Source: Leidyana gryllorum EB-2025a (Eukaryota; Protista; Apicomplexa). From it: DNA of 64,000 nt. The stretch lies in NCBI GenBank assembly GCA_048772705.1, contig JBLWGC010000041.1, forward strand, positions 1-64,000, given 5' to 3'. The notes beneath the pieces are model-generated. The model had not been told where the DNA came from and made no database searches. It saw only the letters and a list, made by a program, of their open reading frames with translations. Position 1 is the stretch's first letter. Each line of letters begins with the position of its first letter. A program made the position numbers and the translations under genes. Shown in pieces: positions 40,107 through 53,500 of this stretch.

Positions 40107-42290
40107 TTACGCTAAGATCATAGACGCCGCGCCCACGGCGGTCGGCTCTTCGAGGTTCAAAGACATTTTGAGGTTCTCCATCCATTTGGCGTTCAGCTCC
40201 AACTTTGACTCTGCATCAACCGAACTACCTTCACCCCCGCCACCGAATAATTCTCGATCGAATAGCTCCTCAAAAGCTCTGATTTCCTCATCTTCTCCTG
40301 GACAACTATCACTATCATCTCCATCCTCCTCACTGCTCTTATCATTGTCTTGCTGCAAAAGTCGCAGCTCCTCGTCAATCAGTTTCTCCAGCCCAATCTT
40401 GGCAAACTCGCGCTTTAACTGTTCCAGATCGGCCGCGGCGCCGTCGGTATCTGTGAATCCGACTGTTTTGCCCTCTTTTCTACGATTTGGACTGAAATTA
40501 TCTGTCGTCACCGCTTCACTGGACCTCTCTCCTCCCATCCCACCAAACTCATCTTTGATCACATTCTCCATCCGATCTGCATCACCCATGGCTCTGTACA
40601 CTTCCGCGAGGTTCTTGTCCTGCCCCAAATAGAATCTCTCAATGGCCTCAACGTCCTTATCACCCAAAGCTCCACACGATTCTGACCACGTCTCCGGCTG
40701 CCGGACTTTGTCACTGCGCCGCTCCATCTCTGATGAATCTATCAGATTGCTCGTCAGCACCTTCAACAGCACCTCCCGATTGGCTGCTTCTGGCCACTGC
40801 TGTGGAACAGTCGCGGCTGTGGGTTTTAGACTGCCACTCTCAATCCATAAATATTGATGCATCGCCGCTCGCTCTTCGACCCAACGTCTGCAATGAAAGG
40901 GAGTGGGTTAGTAACAGAGTGGGAGAGCCACTTACTGAATACGATCTGCTGGGAGAGCTCTGTTCAAGCGGCATTGGAACTTGGTGACACGAGACGCCTT
41001 TATGGCCCAGTCGTCATGCTGGTTATGCACCCCCCTTTCTTTCAGAACCGTAGGCCACTGGATGCCCAAGTCGCACCACATCAACAAATTGGTAATCTCA
41101 TCGGCGGGATCTTCGGTCCCTTCAAAGAAGCGTTGCAATCCATAGCTGATTTTAGCCCCGAGGGACATTGCATCTGCCACAAAGGGCTCCTCAGCGAGAG
41201 AGGGTATCTCATCGATGGATGCCACCCGTCCATCAATGCAAACCTGTGTGGGCCGGGCCCAGAATCTCCGAAGAAACTTGGAAGGCAACCGATTATTTGC
41301 AGCGTACATCAACTGGCCGAGCAGCTCTCGACTCGATTCGATGGGACACATGATGCTCTCGTCTGGAGCGGCAAAGTCCAATGTCTCGTTCTTACCAGCA
41401 CCGCCCGCAGCCCGTTTGCTCTTCATCGTGGGAGCCATGGCAGCGCGTATGGCGAGAGTGGTCAATTGGGGACACTGTGTGAGCATCGCTCCCACTTTTT
41501 GATTGACAGCTGCATAGACTGTTGCCGTCCCACAGAGCGAACGCAACACAGGTGGGGCTCTCTCTGCCTCGGACAGCTCCAACGGAAGCCACGGGTATAT
41601 ATCGGCGTAAGTTAGGCCGTATTCTGCTTTTGCAGCATCGACGTGAAAGTCGAATCGGTCGCCGAAAACTTGAGCGTGTCTCAAGAGAGTCTGAGTGCGA
41701 CGCTGGTCAGTCCGGGAAGGGAGAAGTCCCGGACGCAGAGACATCAAAACCTCTGTGAAGAATTCGGAGTCTGTCAGGGAGTCATCTCTTTTATGAGGTA
41801 ACTGGTGGACTGCCCCTTTGAAGATGCAGAATCTGCCACCAAATACTAAAGTTGGATCTCGCCGATCAGATTTCCCCCCCTCTTTGCCGTCAAAAGACTC
41901 CACAGAGCCGTCGTCATCATCCTCGTAGCCGGGTAGGCTCAATTCTTCATCTTCACTCCCGGTAGTGGATACCACCATCGTGAAAGCGAAAGCGTCATGA
42001 GTACTCAGTTCGAGCAGCAATCTATATAAATACAATCTGTCACGAGCCACGGCGTCTCCGGAGCCCTCTATACAGACGACGGATATGTTGGGCACTTCCA
42101 CTCCTTTCCGGAGAAGGTTTCGAAGAGGGACCACTGACACCCGCGGTAACCCACAGGTCCAATGTCTCTCTGAAATTCTTTTCTCGCATATCGCGTGAAG
42201 AGAGAGCCTCCAGGCTTCGGCAGCTTCGGTCTGAGGCGCGTCTGCGGTCCTCCACAGACACTCTATCAGGATGAAAGCATATCGTTCCAT
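40107..42290 (-). CDS. ECD: Ecdysoneless/SGT1-family protein (at least 2 exons)
   Basis: LYRLLLELS, LGAKISYGLQRF, FEELFDREL and KWMENLKMSL..VGAASMIL resemble ECD motifs. Confidence 0.7.
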
Positions 42291-42345
42291 CGCTTGGGGG
42301 ATTTTTTTTGGTCTTTGGGTTCTACTAGTGACACTGACTATCTAT

Positions 42346-45300
42346 CTATGTTGCGTTGATCTCCTGCTGGCCGGAGGAGCCCGTCACTGGTGATTGGGGC
42401 TGCACTTCCCGGCCGATATTGGACGCTCTTGAAGATTCTTCCTCCTCGATTGTTCCCATGCTGGCGGATGCCTGGGCCCCCTGGCCCGAACCCGCCAAAG
42501 ACTCGGCGCGCCCGGAACTGTTAGATCGCATGGCCAATGGAGGTAATACTTTGTACTGGCGGTAGAGATGGAACAGATACGCCGCTGCTTCGTATAACTC
42601 CTCTCCCTTCTCGAGACTCAATTTCTTGTAGGCAGCTTCTGCATGTGCGAGTCGACGTCGATCTGTCTCGGTGGTGGGCACCTCGAGCTCTGGCGAGACC
42701 ATTTGTTGTTGTTCTTCTTCCTGTTCTTCTTCCTCCTCTTCTCCTTCTTGCGCCTCCTCCCAGTCTCCCTCCTCACCATACTCATAGTCATACTCCTCCC
42801 CTTGCTCGCCGTATTCGGCCGGTCCTGCCTTCGCCTTACCGGCGGCGCTCTTTGCCTTAGCCTTTCCCCTCGGAGCTCTCTTCGCCGGCGGTTTCGCTTT
42901 AGGGGGGGCTCGTTTCTTGGGTGCGGCCTTGGACTCCCCGTCCGGGCCCTGGTCCTCGTCGTCGTAGTCGTCAGAATCATATTTCCTCTCGATCTTGGGC
43001 CTCCTGCGTCGCTTCTTCTTCTCCTCCTCTGGCCTCGGCGACGGCGTCACAGCCGGATTAATGATCTTCCAGGGCATCAAAGCATCCAGGAACACTTTCC
43101 TCATATCGATATTTCTGCCAGTCTTGAACAGTCTGACAATGGCCTCGTAGACCGTATCATCTTTGAAGGCTCTGGCACACAGTTTCATCACTCGTTGGTG
43201 ATGGGGGTCATCGAGATCCGGGATTCCCTCCAGTACGGGTGCACCCGCGAGACGGCCAGACCCTTCTCTGATGCCTCTAAAGAGTGTTGCCAGCATACGA
43301 GAGCCCTCCATCTCGTCGGGTGGTATGACGGGGATCCGTACATTGGATCTCGGATCATCCGGGTTGTAGGCTTCTCCAATGAAGTGATGAGTCAGAATTC
43401 GACCTTTGCTGGGGTCGTAGCTGACTCCCTCGCTGGTCATAGAGCCGAGACACACAACGTTTTGCACACCGCTCGGCAACACGCAGCTGGTGCCTGCTGT
43501 TGCATCGTACTCAACATACGGGACATTGATTTCTCGCTCGACTTTCACCACCGTCGGCGTAGGAGGGCGTTTCGCCTCACCCAAGAAACGTGAGTGCTCA
43601 CGTGTCGAGAAGCTCGGGAATCTCGCTCTATACTCGCACAGCTGCAGAGTGAGCGAGCGACGATAGATGTAAAGGACTTTCGTTTGCACGAATTAACTCA
43701 CTGCTGTCATATTGCTCTCACTCAGATGTGTAACTGGCATTGTGAAGATACACCGAATCCCCGGAAGTTTCATCAGATCAGCGTCACTGGCGACTTGCTC
43801 CAGCACATGGGCGAACTGAGCGTGTTGAATGCAATCGTCAAACTCCTTTTTGCACTTCCGCTTACCTTCTCGCGGAGTATTGCTGCGATTTTAGTGCGGC
43901 GTCTGTGTGGGTCGCGTGTGGTACTGAGCTTCTCGTTCCAGAAGAAAATCTCGTCCCAGATGTCGACGAATTCGATATGCTCTGTGGTTATCTTCATCTC
44001 TTCCAATAGACGCTGTGGGGCGTACAACCGATCCAAGGAGAACAGCTTTTGGAAGCGATGGTAAAAGTCCTACCAAGTGTGTGATAGCCCGACTGAATGG
44101 TGAAAGGACCTCTTACAACAGCTCTCCGGATCCCTTTGTTCTCGAGACCACCGAGAATGATTTTGTCGAATCGTTTCGCTCTCAGCGTCATCAGTCGCTC
44201 GATGAAGAGAGCGATTTCAGTGAAACTCCAGGTGCCATCCTTGTCTTCTTCCTCGATCTCCTGGATCGTTTTTCTCACAGTCCCTTCTACTTCGAAAGGA
44301 TGCAGAACCCACAGATCTTTGAAATCCACCGCCAACCCGAAGGTCACCATTGCTGTCGACCGCCACTTCATCGACGGTCCGAGTAGACACATCCCCTCAA
44401 CGAAATTATCACTGGGGAACTGCGTCTCGCTGGAGTCGGAGTCGTCGCTTCGTGGGGTTTGGGAGTGGGCCATCGCAGCTCTGCAGCAGCAGCAGTCAGG
44501 TTGAGGGAGAGACAAACTCACCGTGCGTCTCGTCTCTTCTTGGCGACGACTTCTTCGAAACGCGATCTCGGCTCCAGTCTGAGGTTACATATGGACGAAG
44601 ACCGGTGGTAGCCTTGCAGATGGTGTGTGAGTCTTCTGGAGGGTATGGGGCGCATGGTGGTGGGTTTGTCATATTTTCGTTTCTTTAGATCTCTGTTTAC
44701 GAAAACCGGCAGTTTGGATCCCAGATGGTATCCGAGGGACTCTATAAGGAGTCTGTCAATTTTCTCATTGTTAATGTACCACATGGCGCCCACGCGGTGT
44801 GGGTATCCGGAGGGCACGGCTATGAATTTGTTGGCGGGAGAAGAAAGCGCCATCACAGGCAGAGCGCCGTAGCGCCATTGGTTCGGAGTGTATAGATACT
44901 GTTGATCTTGTTGCTGATACTTCCTTTGCTTTACATAGACGGAGAAGCGTTCGTTGTAGAGGGCGTCGAGTTTGTCGTTGATACTTTTGCGATGGACATT
45001 TTGTATCTGTCGAAAGGTTGCGGGTTTAACTGGAAACATCATCATATCCTTCAATTGTTCATCAGCTTCAAAACTGAACCCCCGAGTTGTGGGGTCCCAA
45101 TCGAGTGCCCAACTGTCATACATCTCATCATCATCTTCATTGAAGGTACACTGTGGTCCAAAATGGTCGGTCATATCGGCTTCGAGATCATCAATTCCCG
45201 TGTCTGCATAGCCTTCCTGGCGGGCGGGATTGCCCTCGAAGAAGCTTCGAATTAATGGCATCGGGACACTCGTCTCGATGTTGACAAACGAAGTCGTCAA

Positions 45301-48300
45301 TGTTTTCGGGAACTGAACATCGGTGGTGAAATCCAGTCTTTGCCAATCCACATCCACAGGCATCTTCCTCTTGCATCTCTTGCCGGACTCTTGCAGAGCC
45401 TCCAGCAACAGAAGCAAAAGTTCATTCGCATTCATGTGGTCGAGCCCAGACCGCTGTGCAATCCTTATGTCACCTTCCGTAGGAGGTTCACACACCAATG
45501 GAAGAATAGCCGCCAACACGTCCACAGAGCTGCCATGCATATCATACACCTTTAACGGGCCTTTCCACAACTCGCTCTGAGCAGCAGCAATACTTGTTGC
45601 AGATTCGTCGGACATAACTCCTCTGGATCGACTCGGAACTTGGGAGCTTTTCTGTCGCCTTTTTGGCACTGCCTTCATCCCCACGAACAGAGACTCATCA
45701 CTCGAAACATCCCCCTTTGCTCCCCGATCCTCCTTTGCCCGCTTAGACTTTTTCACCTCCTTCACTGGAGACGCCTCGACCTCCATTGGAGACGCCTCGA
45801 CCTCAACCGGTTCGATCACCTCTTCTTCGCTCTTAACCTCTTCGGCAGCAGCTCGGATCTCCACTGTCTTGAAATACTTCAGTCTCAAAGAGGCGCCCAC
45901 AAAATCATCGTCGTCTTCTGAATCTTCACCGTCTTCAATAATCTGCCCCGTCTCCAACACCTCCTCAACCACCGCGGGACCGCTCCTCAGGTCCGGAAGC
46001 TGTTCTATCTCCGACAGTTGTTCGATCTTTGATGAGAGATCTCCTTGAATGGCCTCTTCGCCTTCTTCAAGTGTCTCGCTAACAATCTGCGGGGCCACCT
46101 CCGGTTCCACCGGTGCTGAGGTCGCGGGTTCGACCACTCGGACGACCCAATCGCTGTCCTCATCCGCGAATAACTCCACTTCCGCCTCAGATCGTCGTCC
46201 ACCGGACTCCTCTGCGACGGGGCCTGGGACAGGAAGCGTAGTCGGTGGCGGTATTTGACGAGTTCGATGGAATGTAGTCGGATCACCTTCCACCTCGAGA
46301 GGAGCCGCCCTTGGCTGGAGCGGTGGAGTATCCAACGCGACCTCAGCTTCATCTCTGTCCTGCAAGCTATCGGGAGACGGAGCGATGGCCGGTGTTGGAG
46401 ACGCTTTCGGACGCATCGAAGAACTCTCCTTCGGATATTTACTCATTCCCGCCGCCTCTCCCGTTGCAGTCTGCGACGCATCATCAAAGATGTCAGCCAC
46501 AGGGACACCCGCTCTCGCAGGCTGTGCCACTCCGCGATCCGGCGGACCGGCAGCCGCCTCCACACGCACCTCCTGCTTTGGGCCTTGCTGCCGGGTACCA
46601 CTCGGAGGGTGGACAGTCCCGATGACTGGCACTGGCAAATCCCAAACGTCAGCAGGCACGTGTCGCGGTGAGGGAACAACTCGCGTTGCAGACGCTGCTG
46701 ACTCGACCGCTGGCAGCTCCGATTGGACGGCGGGCTCTGTTTCAACCGACACATCCGCAGGGGACACCACAACCGGTTTTGGCCGCGGCTTACGGGGAAT
46801 TTGATCTCGAAGTGGAGATCGGGATGGAGTCAGTGCTGGACCCTCCGACGGTGTTTCGGGTTTGGGAAGAGCTCTTTGCTCAGACGGGGGCTTCTGTTTG
46901 ACTTTGGAGGGCTGCTCAGATGGCTGCCTCAATTTTGCCTGAGCCTTAGGGTCTGGCAATGCCTTCAGCTTAATTTGGGGCCTTTGCTCTGATGGCGGAA
47001 GGAGTGGTGGTTTGTGCTCCGGCGCAGAGCTCTGGCGTTGCCGTGGGGGAGGAGCTGGAGAGGGAGATGGGCTAGTGGAACTACCACCTGGGAGCATCAC
47101 GCTTCGTTGCCTCCGTCGCCGACGCTGAGCGCTACTGACTTGGGCTTCCCCAACAGGCTTCGATGTGGCGGTGCCCGCTCCAGGTTGATCGACGAGGCGC
47201 TCTTGTGATGTGGACGGGTGTGCTCGCGCACGGGGTCCCTGAGCAGGGGGTGGCGGCGCATGAGGGCCCGAGGTGGGAGTAGGCGATCGCGATTGGCCCA
47301 GCACAGCTTTTGCTGAAGGGTTGGGCGTCAAAGAGGCAGAACCGAAGCGCGGCGTTCCCCATTTAGGCGTGCTTCCTCGAACCGAACCCGCAGAAGGACT
47401 GGGTGTCTGTTGATTTGACCTTGTGTGTGCTTGGGTTTGCCGCGTGTCCTGGGGCATCGACGGGTGCCCCCTCTGTCCAGTGGGTGGCCTCAGAGCTTTG
47501 GGTGGACCAGATTCCTGTCTTCGGGTTGATTGTCCACCTCGACGTGATGCTGAAGCCGAGCTTCTTGGTCTACGACCGCTCAGGAAGGAGGGCCCGTCGC
47601 TGCTACTGTCAGCCGATATATTTGAGCTCTGTGCGGCCGTTACAGTCCGCTGGTCATCCGAGGGGGCTGGCAGGTGTTCACTGGACGTTGTAGGTCGCGT
47701 GGGCGACGGACGTCGGTGGTAAGGGCCATGGTCCTGTGGCTGGCCATATTGTGGACGCGGTCCAGGTCGAGGAGGCAGGGGCGGACGCACAGGGGTAGCG
47801 ACTCGCAGGGGCGGTGGGGGAGCTTGCAGTCTGGGAGGAACCGGTTCGGGAGTACCAAAGCTGGTAGTTTCGCTGGAGGTCATGGAGATCGGGGTTTCAT
47901 TGGCATGTGGATTGGGAAGATCAGCAGCAGGGGGAGCGTTACGATCTCTACGAGATGAGTTTCGTCTACTATGGGCAGCGCGTCGTCTGGAATTGTTCGG
48001 AGACTCGCCTGGTTCTCCGCGGCCATACCCTCCTCGCACAGTCGAGTCTGGCCACTGTTGAGGCGAAGGCTGAGGACGAGATAGAGCAGTTTCACGAGGG
48101 TTATTGGGTGGATACTGGTTGGTCGGCGGTTGCACAGGAGGAGTGATAGACTCCGGCTGATTCGGGGAGGCAGCAGCAGGATTGCTTGGATCATTGGGAT
48201 CTGGAGGGGGGGTGGCAGAAGCAGAAGGGCGGGAGTTCAGGTCCAAATACCCGTGTACAGGGCGGTGGGGCCTACGGGAGGGGGTCTCAGAATGGCGGCG

Positions 48301-48303
48301 CAT
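42346..48303 (-). CDS. Giant hypothetical protein (~1,900 aa, disordered N-terminal half), multi-exon
   Basis: The 1261-aa ORF splices in frame via intron 44521-44481 into ORF 43994-44521. It probably continues through 43773-44036 into 42346-43689 (those junctions not traced). Confidence 0.65.
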
Positions 48304-48802
48304 GGTTTGAGTGAAAAAAGAAATACACCAATGTGTCGACGGGTAGCAGTACGAGAGAGTACAGGGAGTTGCGGGACGTCATCGGCCGCGACAATATCTC
48401 TAGGGCTGGCGCCTCCCCCAACCACTAACCCGGCAGCGGGTAGGCTACCGTCGGAGGTGCGGCCATCTGAAGGTCCTGCGACTGCGAGAAACAATGTAAA
48501 AGCGGTTGGGGTGATGAGAAGCGTTACAGAGCTGGTGGAATCAGACAGAGGGTTGAGTCGGCGAAGGCGATTGTTTGCAGGTTTGGCAGCCCGAATGAAG
48601 CCCGGAAGCGCGGCTTCCATAAGCTCAGCGTCCTCGTTTGATATACTAAGTACACTGGATAGGTAGGCTGAGGCGCGTTGTTGAGTTTGAGTATGGACCC
48701 CCACAGCCACCGATATCGATCGTCTGCCTCGCTACTGACTCTGCGGGGGGTTGAGGTGTGCAAAAGAGTGGTATCAGCTGACGGTTCGGTTGCAGATGAT
48801 GC

Positions 48803-50547
48803 TTAGAGCGTCACAAATCGGACAGTCAAGGACGGTAATGAGAGGAAGGCAACGACGGGCTCCTCCACAAAAGCGGGGACGACGACTGCTGTCGTCCCAT
48901 TATCCAACAACTTCACCCCACTCGCTGCATGGTTCCCCGAGAACACCACGCGCGGAAATTCCTCATCCGATTCCAATGCAAAGGGATCTCCGGTTGCGAA
49001 AGGATAGCACCTGCGCGCTGTTCATTTCCACTCGTACACTTCTCAACACACTCACGCTAAGGTGTCTGGCGCAGTCGGCGCGATGCATCGCCCCTTGACA
49101 CATTGCTCCAACGCAACTGCAAGTTTATTTTTGCCCTCGGGGTAACACAGAAGAAGTCCAACATACCGAGTGGATCTTGGAGTCGCGAGTAAATGTTCAC
49201 ATCACGAACAGGTTGCCCACTAGTTCCAAGAAACTTCACCTACAAACAACATATATACACGGGAAGGATCAATCGATCAGGTCAATTTGATGATCCCAGC
49301 CTCACAATCTCTTTCTTTCTCTATGTGTGTGTGTGTCCTTCTCTCACCCCACATAATTCGAATGCGTATGGATTCGGAACACAACGAAAGGACGCGAAAC
49401 GGCGACTTTCTCGGAAGAAGGCCGCACTCATCGCCTGTTGCGGCAGACTCAAGTTGGTGGGATCCGAATCTCCAGGCATCAGGTCGATGGACAAGCTCGA
49501 GGCCAGGCCGGCGAAAAATACGTCCGCGGCCTCAAGCACACTACATACCACATACACATTCCTCTTCCTTTGTACGGATTTCTCACCTCAAATTCCCAGT
49601 TTTATCCACATGGTCGATAGTATTGCCAGCGACAACCAATCTCGCCACGCTGCAGAGGCAGCATAATGATATGCATCGTGTCGTAAATTGACGACATACC
49701 CTGCCTCACTGGTCAATAGGTCCTTCAGCCGTAACAAGCGTGCATTGTCACATCGAGGATTAGCCATGTTCAAGCCCGAGACTAGTGCCACGCTCACAGG
49801 CTCCATTTTTGTTGAAAGCGGCGGTAGGGTCGGCAAATCAGGCAGTACCACAGCAGAGACATCAAAGTGACCTCGGGAGTTCAAAGTGCCCCGAACAGCC
49901 ACAATCTAAACCTTTCGTGTTAACAGCGCCGGCCAATGCGCCACATTCAAACCTACCAGACCAGTCACAAGCTCATGAACAGGAAGCGCTTGCGCATCCC
50001 CATTCAAAATAAACCGACCAGTTTCGTCCTCCAACAGCAAATGATCACTGTCGTCCAGATATGATTTCGTTTGCTCCTGTCAATTGTCGTCAATAGCTCA
50101 ACGCCTTCCAAAAGCCTCACATACATCTATTTCCAATCCGTGCAAGTATTCTCTCAACGCGTCAGGCTTTAGTTTCATTTCCTTGTACAGTGTACCAATC
50201 ACAACGCCTTCATTCTGATCAGCAATCGCTCATTCTCAACCATATGAGATCCAATCCTCACACCAGGTTGCACATCTTTCAACCCCGCCAACACAGGCAC
50301 ACCAGGAAAACTCCGTTCCGCTGCTTTCCGACAATGTCGACGAAGTGCATTAAGTCGACTGAAGTACACACGGGCATATTGACACACATAATCTGGTTGT
50401 GCCACACGGAAGGTGTTAGATTGATCCTGTCAGGACTGTTAGACCAATAGATACCCCAACCTGAAAAGCATTTGCAGCTGGTCTGATGACCTTCGGCTCC
50501 ACATTCTCGTTGGAAACGGACGGCGTCAGCAACGCGAATCCAGACAT
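48803..50547 (-). CDS. POLD2: DNA polymerase delta subunit 2 (multi-exon)
   Basis: QYARVYFSRL, YKEMKLKP, LLEDETGR, VALVSGL, DLMPGDSDPTNLSLPQQ, PNPY, FLGTSGQ, APTAPDTL.CYPF..DPF, VPAF. Confidence 0.92.
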
Positions 50548-50564
50548 ATCAAAAAAAAAGACAC

Positions 50565-53500
50565 ATGGAGGAGCCCACTGTCCAGAGCCTATGTGCTCGA
50601 CAGGATATGATGGGAGAGGTGCCGTCGCAAGCACAAATGAGGAGGTCAGTCAAACGCCTACCCATCAAGTATGCTACCTTCGACCACTCCTTCGCGTCTA
50701 TGCGCGAGGATGAAAAATACTGGTATTTGCGACTTAAACCAATCCGCCATGCCCAACGAACCCCATTGGAAGAACGCTTGTCATTAACTGACATGATGAA
50801 AGTGAGGAAAGAACACGTGTGTGCGATTGTTTTGCTCAGCGAGCCGAGCCTACCGAGCCGATTCGTACACTCCGCATAAAGCCCAAGGACTTGGAACACT
50901 TAACGGACCTAGTGGCGCGCGCGTCTCCCATACCGGCAGAACTGCTAACGAATAACGTAAGTTATTGTGGCTCCCCTTCACATGTGTCGTAGAGTTTGGA
51001 AAGACGGACCCGACTTCGAGGCGACTTGGAAGGGCTACGGCAAGCCGTGAGCGCTGCGAAAGGAAGCAGTACGACAACAGCGGCGGCACTTCCCGACCAG
51101 ACGACGATTGCCGGTGGCCCAATCGTACAGAAAAATGCGGAGGAGCGTCCGCAGAGTCTGAACAAGCGAATGCCGCAACGCTGACTCCCATTTTCCACGC
51201 CGTCTTCTTCTCGCAACTCAACTCGGAGGCTTGTCAGAGTTCTTTTTTGCAGTGCCGATCCCAAGTCTGCCACGTGAGTCCGCTCTCCATCAGTGTTCGC
51301 GCCTCACACACACCTGATCAGTTTGAGGCACGGCTTAGAGGATGTTCACCCATTGGTCCCGGAAAAGTTTGCGAACTGACGCACGTACCTCAGACTACAG
51401 AACCGCCTACCCTGAAACTCCTCCTACGCCAAAGAGATCCTCGGTGTTCACGAATTGGGAGAAAGCGGTGCGCACTCCCAAGCACTCTCAGCCACCCCCT
51501 CTCGGTGCTGCTTCACCTCAACCCCCTCCTATTGACCCCAAAAAGAAAGGCCGACGACTGTTCCCACATCCCCATGAGGAAGGTGTCATTCAAGTCATAG
51601 ACTCCTCTCAGGAGGAACCTCCAGTTATCGCGACGAACGAGCAGAAAGCCTACCGTCGGCGTTCTGATGTCGTTCCACGCCCAGCATTTCGCTCAAGTGA
51701 CTTCGAGCCCACCATCTATGGAATCCCTGAAAGCGCTTCAGACACTCCTCGCAGCGTGAACACCTATGCCATTGGGGCGCCTTCTTCTCTGCGATCACAT
51801 GTGGGTGCATTGCAGAGTACTCTCGCCTCGGCGGCCAGGCTGGCAGTCGGAGGGTCGCGACCTCCTAGCTCCACGCTCTTATGGGGTTCTAGTAGCACGC
51901 GCCGGGCAGCACCTGCGTCCTCGGACATATACGCTCGTCCTCCTACGATCCAAACTGATTCCCCGTCCCGTCAACCAGGTGCTTACCGACACGGTGGACC
52001 TCCCAGTTCGGCCACCGCCACATCGATAGCTTCGCAGACGTCCTATCTGCTACCCCATGGACCCTCGCCGGTAGCAGCAGGCGATGCAGCGCACGGACTG
52101 CACAGCAGTCCCATCCAAATGGAACTTCATGATGCTGCTGGCTACTCTATATGGCCGAGAGCCGGCTCTTCCTCAGTTAGGCACATCAGAGCCACTCAGC
52201 TTGATCAGTGGACTCAGCAACATCAGAACTATCAACAAAACAAAGTTGTTGTTCCTAAGGTGTCCAGTCCTGGGATCAGCAGAAAGGAAGCATATCGATC
52301 ACAGGAAAGTGAGACTGAGGAGCTCCGACCGAGTGGCAACAGACCGAGAGCCAATTCGGTGTGGACCGGAGGGACTTCCTCCAATAAAAACAGTCTTGTT
52401 CGAACTCAAAAAGTCGCCGTTGGGTATTCGACAGGAAGTGGGAGTGGGCCTGTGAGCGAGGCCATTCAGCCCTCTGCTGTCGTCAAGCGGTTAGCACGTC
52501 ACCAATGGACAGAGTGGGAGAACGCTGAACGCACTGGCACTGCAGCGAGATCTAGCCTTGTTTTACCTCCTGCAGTTGTGCTTGACCCATATTCGTCAAG
52601 TTCCAGAGAGTTTATCGCGAACCGTCAAATCCTCTTCCTGACCCGCCGGCGAGTTCGACACCGTAGTGTGACTCCTCATGTGTGGATTATCAACTATTAT
52701 GGTAGTTGGACCACGCAAGCATTTACGAAGTGCGCCCCAGGCAAAAGCCTTTCGATCGCTGCAACTCAATTAGCGGCTCAATCCAAGCCGGAAAGTCGCA
52801 TGTCGCGACTATTGGGCTACCTCGAGATAGGAGGTGGAGCCCTGGGCACGTGTCCTGGTGAGGACATATTACACCTGAGCCGAGTGATTGGAAGAGGGGG
52901 TACCAGTGCTGTCTTTAGCGGGCACATCAGTACCGCGATGGATCCAAACAGCCAATGCCTCCGCAAATCGCCGGCAGTGGTCAAAGTGCTGGTAAGTGAC
53001 TCTTATGCTGCCCTTCTGATTTATACTTATCCACTCCAGCACCAGAAACACTGGAAATGTGCCTTGGCTGAGCTTGTGGCGGGAGCAGCTGCCATCCAAC
53101 GCATGAGTGAGACGGTTGGAGCCTTGAGTCAAGCAGCGGCTTCTATCATCAACGACTCCCAGTCCAGCAGTTCGCCTTCAACTTCGGCGTCCTCGATCCC
53201 CTCATCCAAAGCCGCTCATGCTCTCGCAACGGCTGAGGCAGTGCGTCAGGAGCTTACCCGGAAGTCAGCTTTCGTTGACGGTGGCGCTTGGTTGATGCCA
53301 ACTGAGCTCCACCTATTCTGGAACTTGCCTGGCCCTCCTGTGCAGGCTTGGGGCGACGAACTGCCTGTCCGGAGGACCACCAGCTCTACCGGAACACCGA
53401 AAGGAACTGGCAAGCCCTCACCTCCCTTTGCAAGCTTGCAGCCCCCAAATAGTGAATATGAGCATTCCTTCAGACAAGCTCAACCTAGATTTGCCAATAA

